Shown here: positions 1 through 9,882 of the stretch, piece by piece | Layout of the letters: the number at the start of each line of letters is the position of its first letter | Position numbering within the stretch: the first letter of the stretch is position 1 | Assembly: GCA_044224925.1 (NCBI GenBank) | Contig: JBGAJM010000001.1 | Location: 113,021 to 177,020 of the forward strand | Source of the DNA: Candidatus Kapaibacterium sp. | GTDB lineage: Bacteria > Bacteroidota > Ignavibacteria > Kapaibacteriales > Kapaibacteriaceae | Length of the DNA stretch: 64,000 nt | Direction: 5' to 3' | Notes under the pieces: model-generated | What the model was told of the DNA's origin: nothing | Database searches by the model: none | What the model saw: only the letters and a program-made list of their open reading frames with translations | Position numbers and translations under genes: made by a program

Positions 1-1877
1 GATGACTGTCCGTCGGCATAGTAGACATCTCCATCACCATCGAACGAATACAACCGTTGTTGCGCGATCCCGTCGAACATCAACGGCACAGCATTCTTGG
101 AGGCGAAGATGTTGTTGCGCATGAAGAGCGACGTCCACGTCGGGTTCCACAAGTACAGACCAAACCCATACGTCCCTTCCGAGATGACCGTGTTGTTGAC
201 GAAGTGGATCGTCCCCGTTCCTCGCGTCGTATCACCGGCATTCAGTTTGAGGGCTGTGCTCCAGATAGATGTGGCCAATGAATTGTCGCAGTTCATGAAG
301 AACACATCGTTGTTGTGATTCATCCTATCGGTCATGCGGTACACATTGCGCATGATGAAGGTGGCCTGATAGGCATTGGAGATCAGTGATGTGCCAACCG
401 GACAGTCGAGGATCTGATTATTCCAGATACGTGCATTCATCGTTCCGCCACCGGCACCACCGATGCAATCGATGCCGTCATAGCAGTTCCGCACCACATT
501 ATCGTACACGTCGTGGTCACTCACCACAGCACGTGCAGAGATCCATCCCGCCGTGATCCCTCCCACCACTCCCGTCACCGAATTGTGATGGACATTGTTC
601 CCGCAGATCGAATCATCATTCGCGGGTGCAAAGGCAATGCCTGAGAGTTCGAGGTAGCGTCCGTACGACCCGCGGTCGATCATACTTGCATCGCGCGTTT
701 GCTTGAAGGCACCGTGCGACCAGTATCCCGTGCCATCCGTGATCGTGCAGTGGCGAACGGTGTTGCTGTTGCACGCACCTGAAAAAGCGATCGGTGCATT
801 GGAGTTCGTGAACGTACATCCGTCAACAATGGCATTGTTCACGTTCTCGAAGCGGAAGGTGAACGAGGGGTAGCAATCGATGATCAGACCTATCTCGTTC
901 TGTGTGCAGATATGCGCACCGTAGTCTTGCACGTGTATGCCCGAGAAGACCACGGAGGTGGAACGCGAATTGCCAACGATGGTCATGCAGCGAAATGTAA
1001 TGGAGGTGCGGACCTTGTGTCCGGTCGGATCCGTGCCATCCAGCATCTTCACATACAACGTATTGCCCATGCGATAGAAGCCCGAAACATCATAGCTCAG
1101 GTCCTGAAGGGAAGGGTAGGAAGGGAACAGGGCATTGGGCTGTAGGAAGGCATACGGATACAGGCGCTGTCCGTCGAATGAACAGAGCGACGTGAATTCG
1201 GACCGCGGATCGATCGACGTGGAGTACATGCCCGGTTGTCCCTGCACGGGTGTCCACGGTGTGGTGATCGTCTGTCCACCATCGAACACTACAGAGTCGC
1301 CGGGCCATGCCTTGAACACGATCTGCGACGAGTCGTCGCAACCATCCGGTAGTGTGACGGTCAGGTCGGCAACAGCATAGGTCCCGCCCTTCAGCATCAC
1401 GGTGGTCCCGCATGCAAGGCCGGCCTTGAGTAGGGTCGTCAGATCACCGGGCTCTGCTTCTGTATAGGCCGTGCCACTTCCCGTCGGACTCACCACCTTG
1501 ACGTGATCGCTCGCGTGAATCGTGGGCTCGGCACGTGTTATGATCGTGTCGACGAAGGGTGCGAATCGCCCCGTGGCCGACGTGAACATGGCCTCGACCA
1601 CATAGGCTGTTGCTGGTTCAAGCATCAGGATACTGCCGCGGAACTGATCGACACCACGCACAACACATCGCACGGGATGCGCAGCGGACATGAAGGTCTC
1701 CGATGATAGCGGACGATACCGCAAGGCCAGGCCAAACGTCGTATCCGTCCGTGCCGACCCCTGCAGCGGCACCGTATACCCGATGTTGTGCTGCGTAGCA
1801 CGGTAGAGTGGACGTGATTGCGCTGCGAGCGACACGCTCGACAAGCAAAGCAGGAGGAGAAGGGCAGGAAGGCGCAT
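1..1877 (-). CDS. secreted right-handed parallel beta-helix (PbH1) repeat protein; 5' portion only, reading frame runs off the window start
   Basis: ATG at 1877-1875 followed by a signal peptide, MRLPALLLLLCLSSVSLAAQ. My translation of this minus frame stays open to position 1 (checked down to coordinate 1), and no complete ORF is listed in this frame by the track, which fits a stop lying beyond the window. Repeated beta-helix turn motifs are present (NAIVDGCTFTNSNAPIAFSGACNSNTVRHCTITDG, CGNNVHHNSVTG, VYDNVVRNCYDGIDC, RIWNNQILDC). No other long ORF occupies these 1.9 kb. Confidence 0.55.
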   Translation of the reverse strand, partial: MRLPALLLLLCLSSVSLAAQSRPLYRATQHNIGYTVPLQGSARTDTTFGLALRYRPLSSETFMSAAHPVRCVVRGVDQFRGSILMLEPATAYVVEAMFTSATGRFAPFVDTIITRAEPTIHASDHVKVVSPTGSGTAYTEAEPGDLTTLLKAGLACGTTVMLKGGTYAVADLTVTLPDGCDDSSQIVFKAWPGDSVVFDGGQTITTPWTPVQGQPGMYSTSIDPRSEFTSLCSFDGQRLYPYAFLQPNALFPSYPSLQDLSYDVSGFYRMGNTLYVKMLDGTDPTGHKVRTSITFRCMTIVGNSRSTSVVFSGIHVQDYGAHICTQNEIGLIIDCYPSFTFRFENVNNAIVDGCTFTNSNAPIAFSGACNSNTVRHCTITDGTGYWSHGAFKQTRDASMIDRGSYGRYLELSGIAFAPANDDSICGNNVHHNSVTGVVGGITAGWISARAVVSDHDVYDNVVRNCYDGIDCIGGAGGGTMNARIWNNQILDCPVGTSLISNAYQATFIMRNVYRMTDRMNHNNDVFFMNCDNSLATSIWSTALKLNAGDTTRGTGTIHFVNNTVISEGTYGFGLYLWNPTWTSLFMRNNIFASKNAVPLMFDGIAQQRLYSFDGDGDVYYADGQS

Positions 1878-1886
1878 GGCGCCAAT

Positions 1887-3113
1887 CTAGGCAATCATCG
1901 TGGGATGAGCGATGACGGCCGCAAGCCGCTCTGCACAACGCATGGCCATCACTCCGGCTTCCAGCAACGAGTTCGATGCAAGGCGGTTGCTTCCATGCAT
2001 GCCCGTGCGTGCACATTCGCCAATGGCTGAGATCCGCTCGATGGATGTGGACCCATCGATCGTTGTCGCAATGCCACCACATTGATAGTGCGCAACGGGT
2101 CGTACGGGAACAAGGTCGACGGAAGGATCGATGTCCAATGCTCGACAGTTCTCGATAAACGTTGGGAAGTGCGTAACAAGATGCTGTCGGTCAAGATGCC
2201 GACAATCAAGCCACACACGGTCGACCTCTTCGCGCTGCATCTCCTGTCGCATGGCCGCCACCACCACGTCACGCGTGGCGAGTTCTGCGCGTGCATCGTA
2301 CCGCGGCATGAAGCGCTCACCGGCCGTGTTCCGCAACCACGCGCCGGCACCGCGAATGGCCTCGGTGATCAACGGTGCCGTCCCCGCACACGTCGACGTT
2401 GCAAAGGCCGTCGGATGGAACTGCATCCATTCGAGATCTCGCAACGGCAGTCCAAGTTCTTCAGCGATGCGAAGCGCATCACCCATGGCCGTTGGAGGGT
2501 TGGAGGTGTGTGTATAAAGCTGACCGGATCCGCCCATAGCAAGCACGACCCTTCGGGCGGTGAGCGTGATGTGGTCTCCATCGTGCACGTTCATGCAGGA
2601 GAGCAGTACGTGGTTCGGACGAACCCGCACGGACATGCATCGACAGTGTTCACGGATGCGTACGTTTCGCTGCCGACGGAGTTCGGCATGCAGCTTCTGC
2701 ATCACACGGGCCCCCGTCGCATCCGATGCACGCAGAACGCGCGCGCATTGATGTCCACCCTCGCATGCATACGACGGCGCGCCATGCACGTCGCGATCGA
2801 ATCGAACGCCAAGTGTTTCAAGGACGTGCACCAGGCGCGGTGCATCGCCAATGATGGACCGAACCACGTCGGCATCACAATGTCCATTCCCAGCCGCAAT
2901 TGTGTCGGCAACATGCACATCGGCATCATCGGCACGGTCCACACGTGGTACGGCCATGCCGCCTTGCGCCATCATACTAGCGCATATATCAAGCGACGAC
3001 GCTGTCAGCACCGAGATCGATGCCTCCGCACACCGTCGCGATAGTTCCAGTGCCGTAAGCGTACCGGCAAGACCGCCACCAACGATCACCACATCGTCAA
3101 CAGCGTTGTTCAT
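1887..3113 (-). CDS. nadB: L-aspartate oxidase
   Basis: N-terminal FAD fold VVIVGGGLAGTLTALEL. The C-terminal HYQCGGI...GMHGSNRLASNSLLE segment matches the NadB/succinate-dehydrogenase flavoprotein family. The start overlaps the nadA stop (ATGA). Confidence 0.9.
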   Translation of the reverse strand: MNNAVDDVVIVGGGLAGTLTALELSRRCAEASISVLTASSLDICASMMAQGGMAVPRVDRADDADVHVADTIAAGNGHCDADVVRSIIGDAPRLVHVLETLGVRFDRDVHGAPSYACEGGHQCARVLRASDATGARVMQKLHAELRRQRNVRIREHCRCMSVRVRPNHVLLSCMNVHDGDHITLTARRVVLAMGGSGQLYTHTSNPPTAMGDALRIAEELGLPLRDLEWMQFHPTAFATSTCAGTAPLITEAIRGAGAWLRNTAGERFMPRYDARAELATRDVVVAAMRQEMQREEVDRVWLDCRHLDRQHLVTHFPTFIENCRALDIDPSVDLVPVRPVAHYQCGGIATTIDGSTSIERISAIGECARTGMHGSNRLASNSLLEAGVMAMRCAERLAAVIAHPTMIA

Positions 3114-4039
3114 TGCACCAACTCGAACATGCGGTGGATCGGACGGACGGCACGTGCTGCTAGCTCTGCATCGATCTCGATGCGCGGTGCAAGTGTGCGC
3201 AAGGCGTTGCGCACACCATCAAGCGTGTTCATCTTCATGTGCGGACATGCACTGCAGGCACATTCTGTCACCTGAAGGGGAGGGGCAGGGATCAAGGTGG
3301 CAAGGGGAGCATGGTGGCGCATCTTGTGCAGAATGCCCACTTCCGTGGCCACAATGAAGGAGTCGTGCGGATGGTCCATCACATACGTCAGCAATGCCGA
3401 CGTCGATCCGATCACATCGGCACGTTCCAGCACGGGCGACGGACACTCCGGATGTGCGAGAATTCGCGCGTTCGGGTTTGCGAGTCGTAGGGTATCGAGC
3501 TGCTGTGCATCGAAGGCGGCATGCACTTCGCATTCCGCATTCCACAGGACCATGGGGCGTCCTGTGCGCTGCTGCAGCCAGGCTCCCAGATGTCGGTCCG
3601 GACCGAACACCAACGGTCGATCGTGGGGAAGAGCGGCGATCACACGTTCTGCATTCGCAGACGTGCAGACCACATCGCTCATGGCCTTCATCTCCAGTCC
3701 ACTGTTCACATAACTCACCACCGTATGATCGGCATGCGCTGCAAGGAATTCGCGATAGGCATCGGGCGGACTCTGTTCCACAAGCGAACACGATGCGTCG
3801 AGGGTTGGTGCAAGCACGATCGTGTCGGGGTTGAGCAGCTTTGCCGTCTCCGCCATGAAGCGCACACCGGCCAGCACGATCACATCGGCCTGCGTCTGTT
3901 GGGCAGCCAAGGCAAGTTGCAGACTATCGCCAACAGCATCGGCCACATCCTGGATCTCAGGTCGTTGATAATAGTGCGCCAACACCACAGCATTGTGTTG
4001 GTGCTTCAGTTCTGCGATCTCATCTACGGTCGACATCAT
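3110..4039 (-). CDS. nadA: quinolinate synthase A
   Basis: Characteristic NadA segments are present (LAHYYQRPEIQDVAD, YVNSGLEMKAMSDVVCTSANAERV, conserved Cys residues). The gene is translationally coupled to nadB downstream. Confidence 0.9.
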   Translation of the reverse strand: MMSTVDEIAELKHQHNAVVLAHYYQRPEIQDVADAVGDSLQLALAAQQTQADVIVLAGVRFMAETAKLLNPDTIVLAPTLDASCSLVEQSPPDAYREFLAAHADHTVVSYVNSGLEMKAMSDVVCTSANAERVIAALPHDRPLVFGPDRHLGAWLQQRTGRPMVLWNAECEVHAAFDAQQLDTLRLANPNARILAHPECPSPVLERADVIGSTSALLTYVMDHPHDSFIVATEVGILHKMRHHAPLATLIPAPPLQVTECACSACPHMKMNTLDGVRNALRTLAPRIEIDAELAARAVRPIHRMFELVQ

Positions 4040-4092
4040 GATTTCGGCTCCTGTTGTCCGAAATTACGATGAGGAGATGAAAGGCGCATAAC

Positions 4093-6369
4093 TTAATGTA
4101 CGACGTGAACCATGCTGTTGGTCGTCATGTTTCCAACTTGTACACGTAACAGGTACAAACCTGAAGGCAATTGATGCACATCAATGATGTGTTGATGTGT
4201 ACCAGCATCACGTGAGTTCTCGACAGAATTCTGCACCTCATTGCCCGTGACGTCGATCAATCGAAACGTCACACTACTGCGTTCTTGTAGCTGGTAGGTG
4301 ATCGTTGTAGATGACGCACATGGCGCAGGGCTAATGGAAAGGACGTTGCATGCCTGAACTCGTTGCGATGACTCTGGATGATCACTGTGTACTGACGTGA
4401 TCGAAGACATGCTTTGCTTCCAGATGTGCTCGCCATCAGTGAAGAGCTGTGAAGATCCATTGAGACGTGGCAAATACGCGACTGAATTCGCGCCAGGTTC
4501 TGAAACGACAGGCGATACCCGCCAAGTTCTACCATGATCCAAAGACAGAACCACCGCACCATGTGAAGTGCCAGAAGCTAATATGGTATCCCCTTCGGCG
4601 CTGATACATTCTAGAACACCGGTTAGGGGGTAGTCGATGCCGGGAGGGTGGACCGGTGTCCACGAGGCACCCATATCGGTGGACCGAAGGTATCCCGGTG
4701 TACTTGACATTGCAAGCAACTGCCATGTACCATTTGTGTCGTGAACGGCATTGATACCAGACAATCCAAGGCCATTGTAACCCGATGGTTCGGACCACTT
4801 GGTGCCATTGTTGGTAGAACGTACTACAACGCCGTTATAACAGGCGAACAAATTCGTTTCACCGGCATTGGTACGCAGGGCCACCATACCGGTCACAAAG
4901 CCTGCAAAGTCCGATCCCTTGTTTTCCAAGATCCATGTTGTGCCGTAGTCGGTGCTTCTGAAAATGACCATACCATATGCGCTAACGTAAACATCGGTGC
5001 CCCCACCGCCATCGCCCACAGTCGATATGCACTGAATGAAATTGATCGACGCTACTGGTTCCCACGTATCGCCATTTGTGCCACTGCGAAACACTTTGTC
5101 ATTGGTAGTTGCTAGGAGTATTTCTCCACCATTTGCTGTGCTGCAAACGGCGACACTTCGAAGACTCGTTGCGAAGTACGGAGCATGAAGATCGGTCCAA
5201 TGCGCTCCATCATCGTCACTACGAAACAATCCAAAGCCGTACACATGCATAAAGACACTAGGCCCGTTCACACCCTTTTGTGATGTGGCCATAAGGCGGT
5301 ATCCGATCACTTCAAAACCGCTATTCACCTTTAACCATGTTTTTCCTGCATCTGATGAGTGTAAGACCCCGCCTGCAGCATACAGGCCTGCATATATGTG
5401 CTGCTCACTCGTGGAATCCGTGCTTGCGCATATTCGAAAAATGGCCTGGCCAGAATTCACCCTTTGCACCAACTCCCAACTTGCTCCAAGGTCGGTTGAG
5501 CGGACGAGGCCGGCCCCGGTGCCTGCAATGATGCAGGTTCTTCCATCACGATCTGCTGTGATAACGATGGAAAACACCTGCAAGTCGTCAAGACCATCAT
5601 TCGACTTTGTCCACGTCACTCCATCATCATCCGACAGGTAGAATCCTGCAACATAGGTGCCCAGAACGTGCCTGAATCTGTTCGACCCCAGCTTGACCAT
5701 GGCAGATGCATTTACAGCGTTGCTTGGGATGCCAACGCATCGCGACCATGTGGCACCGCTATTCGTCGACCGAAAAGCTCCATACGTGCCAGTACATGCA
5801 TAGACAATCAATCCGCCTACGCCGTCCGGATAGCCGAACAGTTTGGTCCCGTAGAGACCACCTGAAGGTATGTCCAAATAACGCCAATGAGCGCCGTCAT
5901 CAAATGATTGAAATGCTGCGCCCGAGTCCAAACCGCAAAACAGTGTTCGCTCGAACGGTGAACGCTGAGCTACACTTACAGAGTGAACACCCATATTCAT
6001 TAACTGAATATCAACCGGACTGCTTCTACCATCACGCACAACATGATGTTCAATTCCACCTTCAGAGGCTACAAAGAGTTGAACATCACCATCAGCATCT
6101 AAAAAGGTGCATATGTCATTCCGAGTAACACTGCGGTTAGGCAGGCTGAGATCCCTCCATGACGATCCGTTATCTGAAGAACGAAATACCTTGCTATTTA
6201 TCAGAGCAAAGACAGATCCACCGGCTTCTGATATCGAGCGAACTGAGGCACCCTCTATGCTTTCGCATTTCATCCATTGTGCCCGCAAAGGTTGCACGGA
6301 CCAGAACAACGGTACAAGAAGCCAAAGAAAGAGAAGAGGTAAGTTGCGAGGTTGAGGGCAGGTGTTCAT
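4093..6369 (-). CDS. secreted BNR/Asp-box repeat (sortilin/Ycf48-like) protein with a T9SS C-terminal sorting domain
   Basis: Many S-x-D-x-G-x-T-W Asp-box motifs (SDDDGVTW, SDAGKTW, STDYGTTW, STNNGTKW, STDMGASW, SLDHGRTW). I chose the internal start at M40 (MNTCPQPRNLPLLFLWLLVPLFWSVQPLRAQ), which is followed by a signal peptide. The track ORF extends to 6486. The C-terminal about 80 aa have a Por/T9SS CTD pattern. Confidence 0.7.
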   Translation of the reverse strand: MNTCPQPRNLPLLFLWLLVPLFWSVQPLRAQWMKCESIEGASVRSISEAGGSVFALINSKVFRSSDNGSSWRDLSLPNRSVTRNDICTFLDADGDVQLFVASEGGIEHHVVRDGRSSPVDIQLMNMGVHSVSVAQRSPFERTLFCGLDSGAAFQSFDDGAHWRYLDIPSGGLYGTKLFGYPDGVGGLIVYACTGTYGAFRSTNSGATWSRCVGIPSNAVNASAMVKLGSNRFRHVLGTYVAGFYLSDDDGVTWTKSNDGLDDLQVFSIVITADRDGRTCIIAGTGAGLVRSTDLGASWELVQRVNSGQAIFRICASTDSTSEQHIYAGLYAAGGVLHSSDAGKTWLKVNSGFEVIGYRLMATSQKGVNGPSVFMHVYGFGLFRSDDDGAHWTDLHAPYFATSLRSVAVCSTANGGEILLATTNDKVFRSGTNGDTWEPVASINFIQCISTVGDGGGGTDVYVSAYGMVIFRSTDYGTTWILENKGSDFAGFVTGMVALRTNAGETNLFACYNGVVVRSTNNGTKWSEPSGYNGLGLSGINAVHDTNGTWQLLAMSSTPGYLRSTDMGASWTPVHPPGIDYPLTGVLECISAEGDTILASGTSHGAVVLSLDHGRTWRVSPVVSEPGANSVAYLPRLNGSSQLFTDGEHIWKQSMSSITSVHSDHPESSQRVQACNVLSISPAPCASSTTITYQLQERSSVTFRLIDVTGNEVQNSVENSRDAGTHQHIIDVHQLPSGLYLLRVQVGNMTTNSMVHVVH

Positions 6370-6433
6370 GGAACATCCTATGCGAAAAGTAACTGAGGAC
6401 TGTTCGCAACATAGGTCGTTGAGAGGTATAATG

Positions 6434-6584
6434 AACCTTAGCAAAACCTTAGCAAATAGGGAATCCGCACAATCAGACCACTTCATACTTCACGCAACTG
6501 ACCACAGGATGATAGAAGGTGTGATTCATGTAAGCTTAATGAAAGTTGGTGTGTGCCAAGGCTGCTAAGGTTCTGCTAAGGTTA
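6434..6584. promoter_or_regulatory. inverted pair of tandem 11-bp repeats flanking about 105 bp, in a divergent intergenic region
   Basis: Left arm AACCTTAGCAAAACCTTAGCAAA at about 6434-6456. Right arm CTGCTAAGGTTCTGCTAAGGTT at about 6563-6584, which is the reverse complement AACCTTAGCAGAACCTTAGCAG and matches the left arm at about 21 of 23 positions. The element lies between the divergent BNR-protein gene and the DUF1800 gene. Confidence 0.4.
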
Positions 6585-6604
6585 TCCGTAGGTGCGGAAG
6601 CGCT

Positions 6605-8164
6605 ATGATTGTACCGCGACGCAGACGAATCACCTGTTCACTTGAAGTTCTCCATATGCTGGATGTGTTTGACGAGACGAAAGACGGACCGTGGGGCCGG
6701 CCGCACGCAGCTCACCTGTTACGACGGATGATGATCGGCGCCACGCCGCTCGAGATCACTCGGGCTGTTGCCGAAGGCAGAGAGCGCACGATCGACCGAT
6801 TACTGCGACCGTGGGAAGTGCCAATGGATCACGTGGCGCAGCTCGTGGATGGCGATGTGATGGCAGAGATACAGCCGATCGACATTCCCGAGTACCGACA
6901 GTTCTTCGATACAAAGGACCGGCGCTACATCGAGACCGTGCAATGGTGGGCTGGCATCATGATCCGTGGTGAGTTCTCTGCACAGGAGCGTCTCACGCTA
7001 TGGTGGCACATGTGCATCCCTTCGTCGTTCAACGGATCGCATTTCGCAGAGAACATCATCGATCAGAACAAGACCATGCGACAGCACTGTATGGGCAATG
7101 TGCGGACGATGGTGGACGAGCTCGTGCATGGGATGGCGCTGCAGATCTATCTCAGCGGAACGGAGAATGTCTGGAAGCCGGACTACGATGGGATCAATGA
7201 GAACCTCGCGAGGGAACTTCTCGAGTTGTTCTTGCTGGGTCGGCGAGGATCGAACAACGAGCCAAACTATACGCAGTACGACATAACACAGATCGCCCGA
7301 GCGCTCAGCGGCCTCCGCATCCAGGAGTATCATCGTGTGGATGACAAGGGCATCGACTATCTCTATCGCAAGCGGCGGTTGCAATTCCGCGAAGATCATT
7401 GGGACCCGCAAGAGAAGACGATCTTCGGTCATCAAGGGGCTTTCAAGAGCACAGACGTCTTGGACATCCTCTTCACGACCAAGCAACAACAGATCGCCTA
7501 CCATATCTGTTCACGATGGTATCAGAGCTTTGTCAACGAAGTGCTTGCAGATGACGTTGTCGCAGCCATGGCAGACATTCTCCTTGCGAACGACATGAAC
7601 ATCGAACCCGTGATCCGTGCAGTCCTCAACAGTTCGCACTTCTACGAAGCATCTAATCGCATGTCCATTTCCACCCCTGCCTCCATTACCTTCCTTGGTC
7701 AGTTACGATACGCCGCCGTTGGATACATCCCGGATCTGGATGATGTGGAAGGTGGCAAGGAGGAAGACCTCTTCATTCGCCTTCGGAGTATGGGACAATG
7801 CATGTACTATCCGCCCAATGTGTCGGGATGGCCCACCGGCATGAGCACGGTATCGGGAAGTAGCATAGCGTGGCGACTGGAACAGCATCGCAGACTATGG
7901 CAAGGGAAGTTGTACTTCAAAGACTATCCGGGGGGACGTCAGGTGTATCCCATTGAAAGCGCCGACTTCAATGAAATGTACGGACGTGAGGTGTCCATTA
8001 AAGACCTTGCCGCCCTTGCAACCGTCGATCTCCTTGGCTTGAGTGAAGCAGAAGCGAAGCAAGCGGCGGAAGAGCTGTGCGCAGATCTCCCGGGAGATCA
8101 GGATGCTGCACTGCGACAGATCATGACGGCGGTAACGACTTCACCACGCATGTTGTTCTCATGA
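6605..8164 (+). CDS. DUF1800 family protein
   Basis: Contains the HLLRRMMIGATP motif typical of DUF1800 (H-L-L-R-R-x-G-F-G). It sits immediately upstream of a DUF1501 gene with an 8-bp gap, the canonical DUF1800/DUF1501 pairing. The true start may be the internal Met at about 6656. Confidence 0.8.
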   Translation: MIVPRRRRITCSLEVLHMLDVFDETKDGPWGRPHAAHLLRRMMIGATPLEITRAVAEGRERTIDRLLRPWEVPMDHVAQLVDGDVMAEIQPIDIPEYRQFFDTKDRRYIETVQWWAGIMIRGEFSAQERLTLWWHMCIPSSFNGSHFAENIIDQNKTMRQHCMGNVRTMVDELVHGMALQIYLSGTENVWKPDYDGINENLARELLELFLLGRRGSNNEPNYTQYDITQIARALSGLRIQEYHRVDDKGIDYLYRKRRLQFREDHWDPQEKTIFGHQGAFKSTDVLDILFTTKQQQIAYHICSRWYQSFVNEVLADDVVAAMADILLANDMNIEPVIRAVLNSSHFYEASNRMSISTPASITFLGQLRYAAVGYIPDLDDVEGGKEEDLFIRLRSMGQCMYYPPNVSGWPTGMSTVSGSSIAWRLEQHRRLWQGKLYFKDYPGGRQVYPIESADFNEMYGREVSIKDLAALATVDLLGLSEAEAKQAAEELCADLPGDQDAALRQIMTAVTTSPRMLFS

Positions 8165-8171
8165 GGAGACC

Positions 8172-9686
8172 ATGAAACGCAGACAGTTTCTCACATCGGT
8201 AGGGAAGGCAGGATTGGTGCTGCCGTGCATGCAGTCGGGTATGATGCGTGCATTTGCCGCACCAACGGATCAGATGGGACACCTTGCAACCGAGAGTCTC
8301 GGCGGCGAACGGATACTCGTCGTCCTGCGCATGTTCGGTGGGAACGATGGCTTGAACACCATCGTGCCGATTCACGATGACGAATACTATCGTATCCGTG
8401 GAGGAGGTCGACCATATGATCTCTCGATCCCGCGAGAACGCGTACTCCCCATACCCGATGTTGATGGCTATGGCATGCATCCATCGATGGCGCCCCTCAT
8501 GGAGTTGTACAACGAAGGGTCTGTTGCAATTGTGCAAGGGGTTGGCTATCCGAACATGGACCTGTCGCACTTTCGAGGCACGGACATATGGCTGTCGGCA
8601 AGTGATGCGAACGTCTATCAGCAATCGGGGTGGTTAGGACGAATGTTCGACATGGAGAAGTTCGAGAACGAGACGGATCCGTATGCGATAGAGTACGGCG
8701 ATGCTGTTGGGAGGTTGCTGCATGGAGCTCACGGCGTACATGGTCATACCTATCACGCCTCACATCAGTTTGCGGGAAATGAGGACGTACGAGGATTGAA
8801 CGACGGTCATATCGGCGCGAACGATTTCTCGTCGCGGTTCCAGCGGGCGCAAGTTCACGGTCGGTCGATCGAGCGGGCACTTTCTCTTGTCACACAACAG
8901 ACGCGGCCGTATGACAAGGACTCGCCACTAGCCGGCTCGTTGAGAACAACATCACGACTCATTCGCGCGGGTATGTCGACGCAGGTATACATCATCCACG
9001 CCGGTCAGTTCGATACGCATCACCGTCAGCAAGAGGTCCACGCCCAACAACTCGACGAGCTCTTTCAAGGCGTCCATTCGTTCTATCGCGAGTTGCAAGA
9101 TGCAGGCGATGCAGATCGCGTATGTGTGCTTGTCATCAGTGAGTTCGGACGTCGCGTAGAGCCCACCCAAACAGGCACCGACCACGGCACGGCCGCGCCC
9201 GTCTTTCTCATAGGAGGGAAGGTGCAGGGCGGCATGCACGGAACGGCACCGAGTGTCACCGAACTCGATGCTGACGGAAACCTGCTATGGAACGTCGACT
9301 TCCGACAGATCTATTCCTCGATCCTACGTCAATGGTTCCAAGCCTCACCATCAGCCATAGACGAAGTGATCCTACCACGACTCTTTCAACCGCTCCCACT
9401 CTTTGCAGTGTCGAGTCAGCCACGTCATCCATTCGAGCTCACACCCATTCCGTGCAGTGGTCACCTCACGGTCAACGGCACCGCCCTCACGCCGACGAGC
9501 GCATCGGCCGTCATTCGCGACATCAATGGCCGTCAGGTCCTGCAGACCACACTCGATCTTCAAGTGGCAACGCGCATCCCGTTGCCGTCGCTACCCTCCG
9601 GCGTTTACGTTCTCGACATCACAACAACCTCTGCACACTCTGCACCAATGCAGTACCGCACGGCTTTCCCGGTGGTGCGGGTGTGA
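8172..9686 (+). CDS. DUF1501 family protein with a twin-arginine signal and a T9SS C-terminal sorting domain
   Basis: N-terminus MKRRQFLTSVGKAGLVLP carries the Tat consensus RRxFL. FGGNDGLNT motif present. C-terminal about 80 aa (VIRDINGRQVLQ...LPSGVYVLDIT) match the T9SS CTD pattern. Confidence 0.85.
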   Translation: MKRRQFLTSVGKAGLVLPCMQSGMMRAFAAPTDQMGHLATESLGGERILVVLRMFGGNDGLNTIVPIHDDEYYRIRGGGRPYDLSIPRERVLPIPDVDGYGMHPSMAPLMELYNEGSVAIVQGVGYPNMDLSHFRGTDIWLSASDANVYQQSGWLGRMFDMEKFENETDPYAIEYGDAVGRLLHGAHGVHGHTYHASHQFAGNEDVRGLNDGHIGANDFSSRFQRAQVHGRSIERALSLVTQQTRPYDKDSPLAGSLRTTSRLIRAGMSTQVYIIHAGQFDTHHRQQEVHAQQLDELFQGVHSFYRELQDAGDADRVCVLVISEFGRRVEPTQTGTDHGTAAPVFLIGGKVQGGMHGTAPSVTELDADGNLLWNVDFRQIYSSILRQWFQASPSAIDEVILPRLFQPLPLFAVSSQPRHPFELTPIPCSGHLTVNGTALTPTSASAVIRDINGRQVLQTTLDLQVATRIPLPSLPSGVYVLDITTTSAHSAPMQYRTAFPVVRV

Positions 9687-9882
9687 ATGGTCCTTTACAA
9701 ACTGTCAACATCATTGGGTGAAGATCAGAATGAAGTTATTCTATGCTCAATAGTAAATTGTATTCATGTAAGCGTTGGGTACGGAGTTAAGTGGTCTCAC
9801 TAACGCGGTATCGTGTGGACAATGGACGCGGAATCTCCCAGGCAACGCCAATGAGTGATCAAATAGTTGAATCGGGGAAAGA

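Noticed and set aside
2082-3044. 320-aa plus-strand ORF, plus similar long antisense ORFs at 17595-18839, 35132-36751, 43006-44607, 49655-51058, 57915-59099 and 60681-61667
   Set aside because: Each lies antisense to a confidently identified conserved gene (nadB, the OmpA-like gene, proS, ileS, glnN, topA, speA). High GC content suppresses stop codons on the opposite strand.
4093-6486. Track start of the BNR protein at 6486 (39 extra N-terminal codons)
   Set aside because: The first 39 residues lack signal-peptide character. Met40 is followed by a typical signal peptide (LPLLFLWLLVPLFWSVQPLRAQ), so 6369 is the preferred start. Both starts remain possible.
9690-9880. Possible attL-like remnant matching the tRNA-Lys 3' end (CGTTGGG at about 9774)
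   Set aside because: Only a 7-8-nt match (CGTTGGGTAC against CCGTTGGGACTCG). That is too short to distinguish from chance. No convincing direct repeat of the tRNA 3' end bounds the island.
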